Assembly (NCBI GenBank): GCA_040217195.1
Contig: JAVJNR010000003.1
Coordinates: 448,001-512,000 of the forward strand
Direction: 5' to 3'
Origin: Leptospiraceae bacterium
GTDB lineage: Bacteria; Spirochaetota; Leptospiria; Leptospirales; Leptonemataceae
DNA length: 64,000 nt
Made by a program: the position numbers and the translations under genes. The notes beneath the pieces are model-generated. The model was not told where the DNA came from, did not search any database, and saw nothing but the letters and a program-made list of their open reading frames with translations. Below, in pieces: positions 48,582 through 59,183 of the stretch (position 1 is the stretch's first letter; every line of letters begins with the position of its first letter).

Positions 48582-49217
48582 TTACTCCGACGAAGGGCCA
48601 GATTTTTCGCCCGCGCCTTTGGTAGCAACCTCTTTTTGCTTACCACCCTCTTCTGCTTTGGTGGGCTTCTTTTTTGCTACGGATCTGGGAGCCAGTACCA
48701 TGACAATCTGACGGCCTTCCATTTTTGCTGGGCTTTCTACCTGGGAAATATCCGAAGTATCCTGGGCCAATCGGTCCATGAGCTTCATTCCAAGTTCCGG
48801 GTGAGTAATCTCTCGGCCCCGAAAACGCAGGCTGACTTTGACCTTGTCTCCCTTTTCCAGAAATCCGATGGCATTGCGCTTCTTGATATCGTAGTCATGA
48901 TCCCCGATCTTGGGTCGCATCTTGATTTCTTTAATGCTAACGGTATGCTGGTTTTTGGCCTGCTCTTTCTTCTTTTTCTGCTGCTCGAACTTCCATTTAC
49001 CGTAATCGATAATTTTACATACCGGTGGGTCCTGGTCCGGAGACACTTCTACCAGATCCAGGCCTGCTTGCTCCGCCCGTTCCAGAGCGACGCGGATATC
49101 TATTACCTCGATTCCTTTTCCTTCTGTTACCAGCCGCACTTTATCCGCCCGAATTTGACGATTTGTGCGTGGCTCCTTGGCGCGAGGTGGCGCCTTATGG
49201 GATTTCCTTCTTGCCAT
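48582..49217 (-). CDS. infC: Translation initiation factor IF-3
   Basis: [31 protein letters not shown]. Confidence 0.97.
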   Translation of the reverse strand: MARRKSHKAPPRAKEPRTNRQIRADKVRLVTEGKGIEVIDIRVALERAEQAGLDLVEVSPDQDPPVCKIIDYGKWKFEQQKKKKEQAKNQHTVSIKEIKMRPKIGDHDYDIKKRNAIGFLEKGDKVKVSLRFRGREITHPELGMKLMDRLAQDTSDISQVESPAKMEGRQIVMVLAPRSVAKKKPTKAEEGGKQKEVATKGAGEKSGPSSE

Positions 49218-49482
49218 TCAACCTCCATCTAAAATAAGCCGGACTCTTCAGGCTAGGCACCCGAAAAGGACCGATCTGTGCACAACCCGGTGCACCGGGG
49301 CCCGGTGGGCCAGTACGCAAGGGAAGCAATGGCTTCCATAGTTTCGCGCACGTCCGTATCAGACCCGGAATTGCATTGTATGCAAGCAATTTCCGGGATT
49401 TTTATAGGCGGCTAAACACCGTCAACCGCCTTCTTTGCATCGCAGCCGGGACTTTTGGACCCGGCCATTGAGCATTCGAGTA

Positions 49483-50739
49483 TTAATCCAGTCTAAAGCG
49501 ATCCATGGGGAATGCCTGGGCCAGTTCAGCAACACCCTGCTGCACTGCTTTGCGTTTCCCTTCATCCTCAATATTTTCCAGTAAATCGCAAATAAGATTT
49601 CCTACCTTTTTCATCTCATCTGTACCGAATCCACGGGTGGTCAGTGCAGGAGTTCCCAATCGGACACCGCTGGTAACAGCCGGCGGATGAGGATCGAAAG
49701 GAATACCATTCTTGTTGGCCGTAATTCCGGCATTATGCAGAGCATCTGCAGCCGCGGCTCCTGTAAGGCCTCTTTCGCCTACATTGAGCAGGACCATGTG
49801 GTTGTCGGTTCCTCCGCTAATTATCGGAAAGTTACGAGACATCAAAGTCTCAGCCAGGGCCTTTGCATTCTCTTTTACCTGCTTTGCATAATCCTTGAAG
49901 GAAGGCTGCAGAGCCTCTCCGAAGGCCACGGCTTTGGCAGCAATCACATGCATGAGCGGGCCGCCCTGTACCCCGGGAAATACCCTGGAATTTAGTTTTT
50001 TGAAGTAGTCCTCTTCATTGGATACGATGAGACCACCCCGGGGACCACGAAGGGTCTTATGAGTGGTGGTTGTAACAATGTGTGCCAGTCCTACAGGATT
50101 GGGATGCTCGTCGGCTACAATCAGACCTGCAATGTGGGCCACGTCGGCCATCAGCAGGGCTCCCACTTCATCGGCAATCTCACGAAAAGCAGCGAAATCC
50201 AGTTCACGTGGATAAGCGCTGAAGCCAGCAATAATCATTTTGGGCTTATGCTCTTTTGCCAGGCTTCTAACCTGATCAAAATCAATGCGATGGTCTTTTT
50301 CCCGCACACCATAAGCTACCGGCTGATACACTCTACCGGAAAAGTTCACTTTGGAACCATGGGTCAGGTGGCCGCCATGGGCCAGGTCCATTCCCAGGAA
50401 TTTATCGCCTGGCTCTAGAGCTGCCAGAAATACGGCCATGTTTGCTTGAGCTCCGGAATGAGGCTGAACGTTAGCGTAGTTGGATTTAAATAACTTTTTT
50501 GCTCGATCGATGGCAATATCTTCGATCAGGTCTGCATTTTCGCAGCCATTGTAATACCGCTTGGCCGGGTATCCTTCGGCATACTTATTTGTCAGTGTGG
50601 ATGTATAGGTTTCCAGAACCGCCTGGCTTACAAAGTTTTCGGAGGCGATCATTTCTAGATTATTCTGTTGTCTTTCGTCTTCCTTTACCAGCGCGGAATA
50701 AACGTCAGCATCTTGAGATTTAAGATGGTTTTTTAGCAT
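49483..50739 (-). CDS. glyA: Serine hydroxymethyltransferase
   Basis: [33 protein letters not shown]. Confidence 0.98.
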   Translation of the reverse strand: MLKNHLKSQDADVYSALVKEDERQQNNLEMIASENFVSQAVLETYTSTLTNKYAEGYPAKRYYNGCENADLIEDIAIDRAKKLFKSNYANVQPHSGAQANMAVFLAALEPGDKFLGMDLAHGGHLTHGSKVNFSGRVYQPVAYGVREKDHRIDFDQVRSLAKEHKPKMIIAGFSAYPRELDFAAFREIADEVGALLMADVAHIAGLIVADEHPNPVGLAHIVTTTTHKTLRGPRGGLIVSNEEDYFKKLNSRVFPGVQGGPLMHVIAAKAVAFGEALQPSFKDYAKQVKENAKALAETLMSRNFPIISGGTDNHMVLLNVGERGLTGAAAADALHNAGITANKNGIPFDPHPPAVTSGVRLGTPALTTRGFGTDEMKKVGNLICDLLENIEDEGKRKAVQQGVAELAQAFPMDRFRLD

Positions 50740-50835
50740 TTGCTTCTCCTTATGAATATATGGCCCATGAACTTAACTTCTAAATTCCAGAGTCAGTGCC
50801 TTCCCTTTTCCCAGAAAGGCTTTCCCTATCCTGCA

Positions 50836-51696
50836 TTAACCAGAGGCTCGTCTGCTACCCTGAACTGTACCTTCCAGTTTTCCATGCATGATCCAGTCCG
50901 GTTGTCCGTAGCGGGTGCGAACCAGGTTTCTGGCAAGGGCGAAGATATTTTTACGATCGTCCGAGGGGATGATTCCCTCCGATCCCTGTCCCACCAGATT
51001 GGAGACTTCAGATACCAGGAAGTTGTAGAATGACGATAAATCAAAATGTTCTGGCAATGAACCCAGGAAGGACTCATGGGTCCGACCCTGGCGATAATCC
51101 GGCTCTTCCGGAGGATGAGTCAGATATCTACTTATAAATGGAATCAGGTCCGATCGCGTCAACAAAGTTCCATGATGCGAAATCATGCCAGATTTGCGAA
51201 ACTGAGCATTTCCGGAGATCTTTCTGGGGATTCCGTCCGATTCATCGATGACCAGGTCCGACAGGCCCATCTGGCGAGCTATGACTCCCTGAGCTTCCAG
51301 CCCCCGAATCACAAATCCCAGAAATACTTCGTAGGATTTCTTCAATGAGAAAAGGTCCGGAAATTGTTCTACGGAAACAGTAATTGTGTAGTTCAGATTA
51401 CCGGGACCATGAAGCACAGTTCCTCCGCCTGAGGACCTGCGACAGAGTAGCGGTCGAGCGCTCCACACTTCTTTCTTCTGGCTCACGCGAAATCGCTCAA
51501 TGTATTCTGGAATCAAATTCTTGCCTACCTGACAGGTGCGGCCAAGAATGATTGAATACGGATTGGTCCAGAAACGAACCACGGCAGTGGCCGATTTATG
51601 GCCATTTCCTTTGCCATAGTAGAGTGCAACCGCCTCATCCAGTGCCAACGACATGTAAGGATTGCGCGGTTTTAGATCGGGCAATTCCAGAAACAT
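50836..51696 (-). CDS. Lipoate-protein ligase A/octanoyltransferase family protein
   Basis: ALDE, RRSSGGGTV.H, KISGNAQ, HGTL. Confidence 0.88.
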   Translation of the reverse strand: MFLELPDLKPRNPYMSLALDEAVALYYGKGNGHKSATAVVRFWTNPYSIILGRTCQVGKNLIPEYIERFRVSQKKEVWSARPLLCRRSSGGGTVLHGPGNLNYTITVSVEQFPDLFSLKKSYEVFLGFVIRGLEAQGVIARQMGLSDLVIDESDGIPRKISGNAQFRKSGMISHHGTLLTRSDLIPFISRYLTHPPEEPDYRQGRTHESFLGSLPEHFDLSSFYNFLVSEVSNLVGQGSEGIIPSDDRKNIFALARNLVRTRYGQPDWIMHGKLEGTVQGSRRASG

Positions 51697-52139
51697 TATC
51701 GAATCCTCTTCTTGATCACAAGGGTTGTGCCCACATCGGCGGACTGATCGAAATAATGGTAATCGGATAAATGCGAGATTAGGAAAATGCCAAGTCCGGA
51801 TTCTCGATAATCGCTTAAATCCCTGGCCAGGTTCTGCCCCACCGGCGAACGTTTTCCCATATCCTTTATTCGCATTTCCAGATAGGTCCTGTAGAAGAAC
51901 ATTTCCAGAAACACTGGTCTGTCTGTGCGATTATCGTAGGCATATTTGATGATGTTGGTCAGTGCTTCTCCGGTTATTACCTTGAGGTCAAAGGCAGCTG
52001 CATTGCTAAAGCCGGAGCCGATGCAGGTATCAAAGACAAAGCGCCTCATCTGCGCCACAAATCGCGGATGGGAAGGAAACTGCATACGAACCACTTCCCG
52101 GGGTTTTTGCTGTTGTCCAATTTCCTCTTCGGTGCCCAT
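51696..52139 (-). CDS. RsbW-like anti-sigma factor/HATPase
   Basis: EALTNIIKYAY, D.G, GLGIFLI; start uncertain. Confidence 0.85.
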   Translation of the reverse strand: MGTEEEIGQQQKPREVVRMQFPSHPRFVAQMRRFVFDTCIGSGFSNAAAFDLKVITGEALTNIIKYAYDNRTDRPVFLEMFFYRTYLEMRIKDMGKRSPVGQNLARDLSDYRESGLGIFLISHLSDYHYFDQSADVGTTLVIKKRIR

Positions 52140-52243
52140 GATAGACGGTTGGCCGATATTTCTCGATTCTCTCTCCTGTTTTAGTTCCGTTCCATGGGTA
52201 GCCACCCACAAGCATTCCAGGCCTTTGGATGGCGATCCAGGTT

Positions 52244-54070
52244 CTACTTTACAGCCACAGCTTGCTTGGCCTTTTTCTTGCGCTCGTTGGGATCCAGATA
52301 TTTCTTTCGAATTCTAAGTGAGCCAGGAGTCACTTCCAGTAACTCATCATCATCGATAAATTCCAGGCATTGTTCCAGAGTCATCAGCCTTGGCGGTGTC
52401 AGTCGAACAGCTTCATCGGAACCACTGGCTCGAACGTTTGTTAGCTTCTTTTCTTTGCAGGGGTTTACTTCCAGATCGCTTTCCCGACTGCACTGACCAA
52501 TGACCATTCCCTGGTAAACACCGGTGCCCGGCTCAATGAACAGAGTCCCTCTTTCTTGAATTCCAAAAAGTGCAAATGGAATGGCTGATCCCAGTTCCGT
52601 AGATACCAGAGCGCCGTTCTTGCGTCCCGGAATCGGACCTGCATACGCATCGTAATGCGAATAGCGAGATGTCATGGCAGCAGAGCCTCTGGATTCAGAG
52701 ATCAGGAAACTTCTAAAGCCAATCAGTCCTCGAGTGGGAATGGAGTATTCGATTCGTGTGGTACCATGAGAAGAGGTTTCCATGGTCTTCATATCCCCTT
52801 TTCGGCGATTGAGTTCTTGAATGATGGTTCCGCTGTATTCTTCCGGAAGGTCAATAATTACCGTTTCGTAGGGTTCCAGCTTCTCGCCATTTTCGCCCTT
52901 CTTGAAAATCACTTCAGGCCTGGAAACTTGAAGTTCATAGCCTTCCCTTCGCATTGTTTCCACAAGTACGGATAGGTGCAAATCGCCTCTACCCTGCACC
53001 TGAAAACGGTCCTTTCGTTCCGGATCTTCAAAGACTCGCATGGCAACGTTTGTCTGAATTTCTTTGAATAATCGCTCCGAGATTTGCCGGGTGGTTACGA
53101 ATTTACCTTCCCGTCCGGCCATGGGAGAATCATTAACCAGAAAGAACATGCTTACCGTTGGATCATCCACGGTAATAGCCGGTCTTGGATCGTTGACTCC
53201 TTCCTGGCAAATTGTATCTCCAATGCCAGCATCTTCAATGCCAGTAATTGCAACAATGTCCCCGGCTTGCGCTTCTGTAACTTCGATTCGAGCCAGTCCG
53301 GCAAAGCCATACATTTTGGTAATCTTTCCGGTACTGGTGCCTTCCTTTCCAATGAAGCTTACGGATTGGCCTTTGGAGATTCTTCCTTTGAATACTCTGC
53401 CAATGCCCATACGACCCATATAATCGTCATAGTCCAGGTTCATGATTTGAAACTGAAGTGGGTCCTCGGGATTACCCGCCGCTGCAGGCACATGCTTTAG
53501 AATTAAATCCAGTAATGGCGCCAGGTCTTTGTCTTCCGTTCCTGCTTTTTCCAGTTCCAGAGAAGCAAAGCCATTCTTCGCGCTGGCATATACAATGGGA
53601 AAGTCCATCTGATCGCCATCCGCTCCCAGTTCATCAAATAGATCGAATACCTTGTCGATCACAGCATCTGGATCCGCAAATTCCCGGTCGATCTTGTTGA
53701 TCACCAGAATTGGCTTATGGCCCATTTTCAGGCTCTTATCCAGGACGAATCTAGTTTGAGGCATGGGTCCATCCACGGCATCTACAAGCAGCAAGCTGCA
53801 ATCGGCCATACCCAGAACTCGCTCCACTTCTCCGCCAAAGTCGGCGTGGCCTGGAGTGTCGATGATATTCACCTTGGTGTCTTTGTAATGAACGCTGGCA
53901 TTCTTGGCCCGGATGGTAATGCCCCGCTCCCGTTCCAGGTCCATGGAGTCCATGATCCGGTCGGTGCCGGCTTTGGTGCTCATCTGGCTATCCAGAGAAA
54001 GCAATCCATCCACCAGGGTGGTCTTGCCGTGGTCTACGTGCGCAATAATTGCGATGTTTCGAATTTCCAT
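52244..54070 (-). CDS. typA: Translational GTPase TypA/BipA
   Basis: [28 protein letters not shown]. Confidence 0.98.
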   Translation of the reverse strand: MEIRNIAIIAHVDHGKTTLVDGLLSLDSQMSTKAGTDRIMDSMDLERERGITIRAKNASVHYKDTKVNIIDTPGHADFGGEVERVLGMADCSLLLVDAVDGPMPQTRFVLDKSLKMGHKPILVINKIDREFADPDAVIDKVFDLFDELGADGDQMDFPIVYASAKNGFASLELEKAGTEDKDLAPLLDLILKHVPAAAGNPEDPLQFQIMNLDYDDYMGRMGIGRVFKGRISKGQSVSFIGKEGTSTGKITKMYGFAGLARIEVTEAQAGDIVAITGIEDAGIGDTICQEGVNDPRPAITVDDPTVSMFFLVNDSPMAGREGKFVTTRQISERLFKEIQTNVAMRVFEDPERKDRFQVQGRGDLHLSVLVETMRREGYELQVSRPEVIFKKGENGEKLEPYETVIIDLPEEYSGTIIQELNRRKGDMKTMETSSHGTTRIEYSIPTRGLIGFRSFLISESRGSAAMTSRYSHYDAYAGPIPGRKNGALVSTELGSAIPFALFGIQERGTLFIEPGTGVYQGMVIGQCSRESDLEVNPCKEKKLTNVRASGSDEAVRLTPPRLMTLEQCLEFIDDDELLEVTPGSLRIRKKYLDPNERKKKAKQAVAVK

Positions 54071-54122
54071 TGATAAAAAGGGTCTCTTGCAGTCTACAGA
54101 TAGGGCCTACTGGCTTTTCTGC

Positions 54123-54147
54123 GGGCACTGCCTTAACAGTGCCATGC
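54123..54147. repeat. Palindromic repeat, copy 1
   Basis: GGGCACTgccttAACAGTGCCAtGC; matches 55711-55734. Confidence 0.55.
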
Positions 54148-54432
54148 GGACAGCCACCTCAGCGGCCCACTACGGCCACGAATTTAAGCCCCGGTCTCCC
54201 GAAAAGCGGAATTTCCATAGCAGAAGCGAGTTCTGCCCCGGCAAAGTTGGACAAATCGGCCGAAAGTAGGCATAACTTCGCAGAGACAGGGTTGTGGTCG
54301 AGAGCTCCGGCCTGCAGGCGAATGAGCCTTGATCCGTGATTGAAGTTTGTAACGCCGCCAGTGCACAATGACCGCCATTGACACTTCCAGTGAGCCCTTC
54401 AATGGTGGGAAATGGTGCCGAGTCTCTAGCGG

Positions 54433-55386
54433 CTATCGACAGGACCAGGTGGGATCTGTATCCAGAGTACTGTTACTGGTTAGCTGCGTTAATCCGGTTC
54501 CATCCATTGAGATTGTATAGATTTCCTGGTCGCTAATGGGCCGGTCCGAAGCAAAAACTATCTGCCGTCCATCGGGACTGAAGGCTGCTGCGCCATCGTT
54601 TCCTCCGTCGCTGCTGAAATTTATTTGATTGAGGCCATCTGGTTGGGCCATATAGATTTCCTGGTTTCCGTCCCGGTCCGCTGTCAATAGAAGCATTGTG
54701 CCATCTCGAGAAATGGCCGGCTCCAGATCCGAGTTTGGATCGGTTACAATTACAGAAAAATCGGAGCCATCCTTGCGAATTCTTGCGATATCATCATTTC
54801 CGCTAAAGGTAGTGTTGAAGTATACGTAGTCAGATCCTGGCGAAACGGCCGGGGACACATTATCGTAGGCGCCGGCGGAATTCGTGATCTGAGTAATGAC
54901 GAAGGTATTTAGATCCAGATGGTGAATCTCCTGAGTGCTTCCTCCTCGATTGGATGCGAAGTAGATTCCCTGGCCGTCCGGTGCAAAGGCAGGTAGCTGA
55001 TTTACGAATCCGTCCACCACCAGGGCTCTTTCATTGCTACCATCCGAATTGATAAGATAGATTCCATCCACTCCTAGCCGGTTTCCTTGAAATGCGATCT
55101 GCATCCCATTGGGACTCCAGGATGGAGAGGTATCGGATGTAGAATTGAAAGTTAATTGTTGCAACTCCGTTCCAGCGAGATCCATGGAATAAATTTCGTT
55201 GTCTCCATCGATTAAACTGTTAAAAGCAATTCTGTCCGGGTTGTTGCAGATCTGTAGAAGCAGCCCCAGAATGTAGCCAAGGTTCAGTTCCGTGCTCTGA
55301 CTGTAGTCGCCCACCCGGGCAATAATACAACCTTGAAACAGCATCGAAATTAAAGATGCTGCTAGAATGCATTTGCACCGACTCAT
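54433..55386 (-). CDS. TolB-like PD40/WD40 beta-propeller lipoprotein
   Basis: FQGC lipobox; six repeats of the P.(W/F)SPDG..I.F.S.R....EIY type; start uncertain. Confidence 0.85.
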   Translation of the reverse strand: MSRCKCILAASLISMLFQGCIIARVGDYSQSTELNLGYILGLLLQICNNPDRIAFNSLIDGDNEIYSMDLAGTELQQLTFNSTSDTSPSWSPNGMQIAFQGNRLGVDGIYLINSDGSNERALVVDGFVNQLPAFAPDGQGIYFASNRGGSTQEIHHLDLNTFVITQITNSAGAYDNVSPAVSPGSDYVYFNTTFSGNDDIARIRKDGSDFSVIVTDPNSDLEPAISRDGTMLLLTADRDGNQEIYMAQPDGLNQINFSSDGGNDGAAAFSPDGRQIVFASDRPISDQEIYTISMDGTGLTQLTSNSTLDTDPTWSCR

Positions 55387-55470
55387 GCGAACCGTACTGT
55401 GGCACTTCATATGTTTATGGCCGAACGGCGGACCTACCCCATCCGAAGTCAACATCTCAGCGAACGTCTG

Positions 55471-55716
55471 CTAAAATTTTAGCAGCGCGAAAATGAAGCC
55501 CTGGCCTTCTATTTTTGCCCGTAGAATTGTGTCCGGCCCAATTCTTGCTCCTTTTTCCAGGGCTATTATGGCGGCCGATTTGTCATCGCTATCCCCGACC
55601 TGTTTTTCCAGTAACTCCTGGAGTTTCTTTGTGATTTCCGGAGCCCTATACTCAGGCATTACTACGACTTGCAGGTCAGGGTTGGGATATCTACGACAGA
55701 CAATGTAACGGGGCAC
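55471..55716 (-). CDS. Small hypothetical protein, possibly 5'-truncated
   Basis: 81 aa; GTG start lies inside repeat copy 2; no SD. Confidence 0.4.
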   Translation of the reverse strand: MPRYIVCRRYPNPDLQVVVMPEYRAPEITKKLQELLEKQVGDSDDKSAAIIALEKGARIGPDTILRAKIEGQGFIFALLKF

Positions 55717-55734
55717 TAAAAAACAGTGCCAGGC
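55711..55734. repeat. Palindromic repeat, copy 2
   Basis: GGGCACTaaaaAACAGTGCCAgGC. Confidence 0.55.
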
Positions 55735-55917
55735 CTTATGTACAGGTTAGAGTGGCCGGAGAACTCAGCCGGCAGCAAAAACAAGAAATCGCAGCCCAGT
55801 TCACAAAAACTCTGGAAGGTGTGGCGGGAAAACCACCGGAGGCAACCTGCAGAGTCGAAGAAGTAAGTAAGTCGGGATAACTGGGCCAGAGCCGGTAAGC
55901 TACCTAATTACAGTTAA
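55731..55917 (+). pseudogene. 4-oxalocrotonate tautomerase family pseudogene
   Basis: Manual translation gives (AGG)PYVQVRVAGELSRQQKQEIAAQFTKTLEGVAGKPPEATCRVEEVS, then after one extra AAGT, RDNWARAGKLPNYS*. Pro1, QK..I, GKP, EV...NW..GK and a length near 60 aa fit the family. Confidence 0.8.
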
Positions 55918-56011
55918 TCGATTTTCAGGCCCTTTGTTTGAGCTTTCTCCAGGGCCAGGTAGATTGCTGCATGACCCTGCTCGAATAGCCATTGGCCATA
56001 GATAGTTACGT

Positions 56012-56833
56012 TTAAATGGAAATGGATTTATCTACACTGATCTGATTATTGGATTCAAAAAGATATGTATAGATAGCCAGCATCAGTTCTTCGTTGCTTT
56101 GAAACTCTCGTTGCACCTGAAAATATTCGGCAATCCTGGGAGCAAACCTGTCGGCCAGGTCTTTTCGAATAATCGGATTCATGGTGTTTCTACGTACCGC
56201 ATATTCGTGGATTGCTCGCATTAGATTTGGTGACAATGATGCCATAGGTCGAATGCCCGAGGCATCGGTTCTTGCAGATTCCAGCATACGCCGGCTTGCC
56301 CTGGTTCCCCGCTGGTCCCGGATTACCAGCGTACCGGCGGCGATATCTCCCAGCCTGCGAAAGCTCCGTCCCGTAAGAAACAGAAAGAATGCTGCAACGA
56401 AATAGGAAGGAATAAAAAAGAAACCGAACTGAAACAGGAATGGATACATATCTCCAATGCGAACCATGTTGCGGATCACAGAATGACTGGCATTGAGCCC
56501 GGTGCCTCGTAAAGAGATTACACGCAGCCCCATGATCATCTTACCTGGAGTGCGTCCCCTGGAGAAGTATTCCCAGATCATGAAATAGCCCCAAAATACC
56601 ACAAAGAATAGCATAAATTGAATGAATACCGATACCTTGCCCCATTCCGACATCCCAGAAAAGCCGGCTACGGAAAAGGTAAACGTAAGCAATAGAAGTA
56701 TGATCAAAAGCATCAGATAGAGAATGATCATGTCCAAAAGCAACGCCAGAAACCTGGCCACCGGCCCGGCTGTCCTGTAGTTGATTTCCCAGAACTCGGG
56801 AATGGATACGCTTCTTGAGTTGTCCAGAGGCAC
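56012..56833 (-). CDS. RDD family membrane protein
   Basis: AG..RFLALLLD, GRTPGK...GLRV, RN..R..D, RRLGDIAAGT.V. Confidence 0.9.
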   Translation of the reverse strand: MPLDNSRSVSIPEFWEINYRTAGPVARFLALLLDMIILYLMLLIILLLLTFTFSVAGFSGMSEWGKVSVFIQFMLFFVVFWGYFMIWEYFSRGRTPGKMIMGLRVISLRGTGLNASHSVIRNMVRIGDMYPFLFQFGFFFIPSYFVAAFFLFLTGRSFRRLGDIAAGTLVIRDQRGTRASRRMLESARTDASGIRPMASLSPNLMRAIHEYAVRRNTMNPIIRKDLADRFAPRIAEYFQVQREFQSNEELMLAIYTYLFESNNQISVDKSISI

Positions 56834-56959
56834 GACTCAAGTTTGCCTGAAGCAAAACGACAGGCAACGACAATTCAATTTTTTCTCTTTACAGAGGAGA
56901 ATAAACGATTCCAATCGCTCCCACCCCTGCGTGGGGTAAAACAACCTATGAGGTATCCC

Positions 56960-57337
56960 ATGAAAAAATTCGCTGTTGCGATTGCTATTCTGAGCATCTC
57001 TGTTCTCGCCAGCTGCGGTGGCGGAAGCCCCGAAGATGTTGCCCAAAAATTCGGCAAAGCTATGCTGGAGGGCGATGTTGAAACGGCTCAAGATATTAGC
57101 ACCGAAAATGCTGCAAAGCTTATGCCCCTGATTATTGGTATGATGTCCAATAAATTTGGCGAAATGAGCGACGAAGAGAAAGAAGAAGCTCTGGCTGAAC
57201 TTGCTACTATGGAATGTGATGTAGAAGGTGAAAAAGCCAAATGCGGTCCTAAAGGAAAATCCAAAAGCCTGGAACTGAAGAAGGTAGACGGAGACTGGAA
57301 AGTAGATTTCAACAAACAAGGTCGAGGCCAGGGCTAA
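56960..57337 (+). CDS. DUF4878-like (NTF2-like) lipoprotein, single domain
   Basis: LASC lipobox; SPEDVA.KF, C-x8-C, L.KVDG.WKV; SD GAGG. Confidence 0.75.
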   Translation: MKKFAVAIAILSISVLASCGGGSPEDVAQKFGKAMLEGDVETAQDISTENAAKLMPLIIGMMSNKFGEMSDEEKEEALAELATMECDVEGEKAKCGPKGKSKSLELKKVDGDWKVDFNKQGRGQG

Positions 57338-57354
57338 TACACCCGGCATTGACT

Positions 57355-57390
57355 TAAAAAAGCCTGCTGCATATGCGGCAGGCTTTTTTA
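57355..57390 (+). terminator. Intrinsic terminator, probably bidirectional
   Basis: AAAAAAGCCTGCTGC-atat-GCGGCAGGCTTTTTT. Confidence 0.9.
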
Positions 57391-57489
57391 TTTCCGGCTA
57401 AAATAGCTTAATGGCTACACTGGGCTCCTACAGCCCGGAATACTCATAGCACCGACGACTATTCACCAGAACTAATTAACGACCTTTTC

Positions 57490-58218
57490 ATGATACGATT
57501 ATTGCCATTACTCTTCGCATTGACCGCAATGAGCTGTCAGACCTTTATTATAGGCCTCAATCCAGATTCGGACTCGAAAGCATTTCTGGATTCTGTGAAA
57601 CGTCTGGATACAGCATCCCTGGAGCGAATGGTTACCCACGATGCGAAAGAACTGGAATCCTTCATAACGAACTTGAAAAAGGTAAAGGAATCCAGCTCCG
57701 CCGCTTCCAGATCCCATATCCAGGAGCTGCAAAGCGTACAGATTTCAGAGTGCTTCGTTGGGCAGGTTCGAGCAATCTGCCTTCTGAACAATGGCACCGA
57801 ATTACGCCTGATAAAAGACGGACTTTCCTGGAAAGTGGATCTGTCCGAATCTACGTTCATTAAACAATATAACCAGGATTCCAGAAATTTGATCCTGGCC
57901 GAGCTAACGCCCAGGGAAGTGGCCATCGAGTTCGCCAGGGCATTGCTGGAAGGAAATGCAGAACGATGCCAGTCCCTTGGAACAGAGCAGACTGCCAGAC
58001 TCATCCCTATCGTAGTGGAGGTGGTCTCTTCGAAGCTTTCAGAAATGACCCCCGAAGAGATGCTGGATGCAAATGCAGAACTGGAAACCATGGAATGTGA
58101 AGTATACCTGGATCAGGCCAGCTGCGGACCCAGAGGTAAGAACAAGAGCCTGAAGCTACTTCGAGTAAACGGAGAATGGAAGGTCGATTTCAGCAAAGAG
58201 AGGAATTCCGAAGAGTAA
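57490..58218 (+). CDS. DUF4878-like lipoprotein, two domains
   Basis: AMSC lipobox; two C-x8-C..WKV modules; C-terminal module clearly paralogous to 56960. Confidence 0.72.
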   Translation: MIRLLPLLFALTAMSCQTFIIGLNPDSDSKAFLDSVKRLDTASLERMVTHDAKELESFITNLKKVKESSSAASRSHIQELQSVQISECFVGQVRAICLLNNGTELRLIKDGLSWKVDLSESTFIKQYNQDSRNLILAELTPREVAIEFARALLEGNAERCQSLGTEQTARLIPIVVEVVSSKLSEMTPEEMLDANAELETMECEVYLDQASCGPRGKNKSLKLLRVNGEWKVDFSKERNSEE

Positions 58219-58322
58219 GCGCCTGGGCTAAACCGTGGCTCGCTGCACGGCTTTTTTAATTGTCATGCTCCTGGCCCCGGAAACATTGGGGCTGGATTTT
58301 ATCTCCCCCAAGAAAGGATTTC

Positions 58323-59117
58323 ATGAAACATTTTTTTCCCGCCTTATTGGCATTTCTATTAATAGGATGCCAGACCATAACCATCGGAATGAACCCGGCT
58401 CCGGATGCAGATGCATTTCTGGAAACAATCAAGCAGCAGGACATCGCATCTTTTAATAGCCGCATTACGTCCGATGTCAGCAGCAAAAAGAAAGTAACGG
58501 AAAGTCTGGAAAAACTTCAGAATGCAGACTCGCCGGCCTCGAAGCAGGCACGGGACAAGGTGGCTGAACTTAAAATTGAAAACTGCTACATGGGTTCGGA
58601 TCGAAGCCTCTGCAAATTAAATAACGATTCCGAACTGGTCCTTGAAAAGGATGGCCTGGGCTGGAAAGTGAATCTAAAAGAGTCCAGCTTCACAACAAGA
58701 TTCTCGGAAGATATGCAGGGTCTGTTTCGCGCAGAACAGGGGCCAGAGTATGTAACGCAGCAGTTTACCATTGCCTTGCTGGAAGGAAACCTGGAACAGG
58801 CCCGAGAATACAGCACCAGTCGCACCCACATGCTACTTCCGCTGATCGTTGGAATGATGTCCGCCGCTCAGCAGGATCAAACCGAAGACCAAAAACTGAA
58901 AATTGAAGAAGCCAAGCAGCAATTGGAATCCATGACCTGCGAAGTGGATGGTGACAAAGCCCAATGTGCACCAGAAGGCAAAGACAAAAGCATGAATCTA
59001 GTGCGCGAAAATGGGGTCTGGAAAGTAGATTTCAGAAAAGGCGGTAGCGAAGAAGATGAAAAAACTGAAGGAGCTCCAACGGAAAGCTCCGCAGAGACCC
59101 TCGAAGAAAGTCCCTGA
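58323..59117 (+). CDS. DUF4878-like lipoprotein, two domains
   Basis: LIGC lipobox; colinear paralog of 57490; SD AAGGA. Confidence 0.72.
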   Translation: MKHFFPALLAFLLIGCQTITIGMNPAPDADAFLETIKQQDIASFNSRITSDVSSKKKVTESLEKLQNADSPASKQARDKVAELKIENCYMGSDRSLCKLNNDSELVLEKDGLGWKVNLKESSFTTRFSEDMQGLFRAEQGPEYVTQQFTIALLEGNLEQAREYSTSRTHMLLPLIVGMMSAAQQDQTEDQKLKIEEAKQQLESMTCEVDGDKAQCAPEGKDKSMNLVRENGVWKVDFRKGGSEEDEKTEGAPTESSAETLEESP

Positions 59118-59183
59118 ACACTAAACGATAATTTTCGCAAGATTCCAGAATAAGAAAGGGGCTCCTCTGGAGTCCCCAATCCA

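Noticed and set aside
47131..49232. Long antisense ORFs (47131-47601, 47895-48431, 48462-49232)
   Set aside because: Shadows of the zapB-like gene, rplT and infC; no motifs or SD
54123..55734. Integron attC cassette
   Set aside because: The repeats are too short, lack proper RYYYAAC/GTTRRRY ends, and there is no intI
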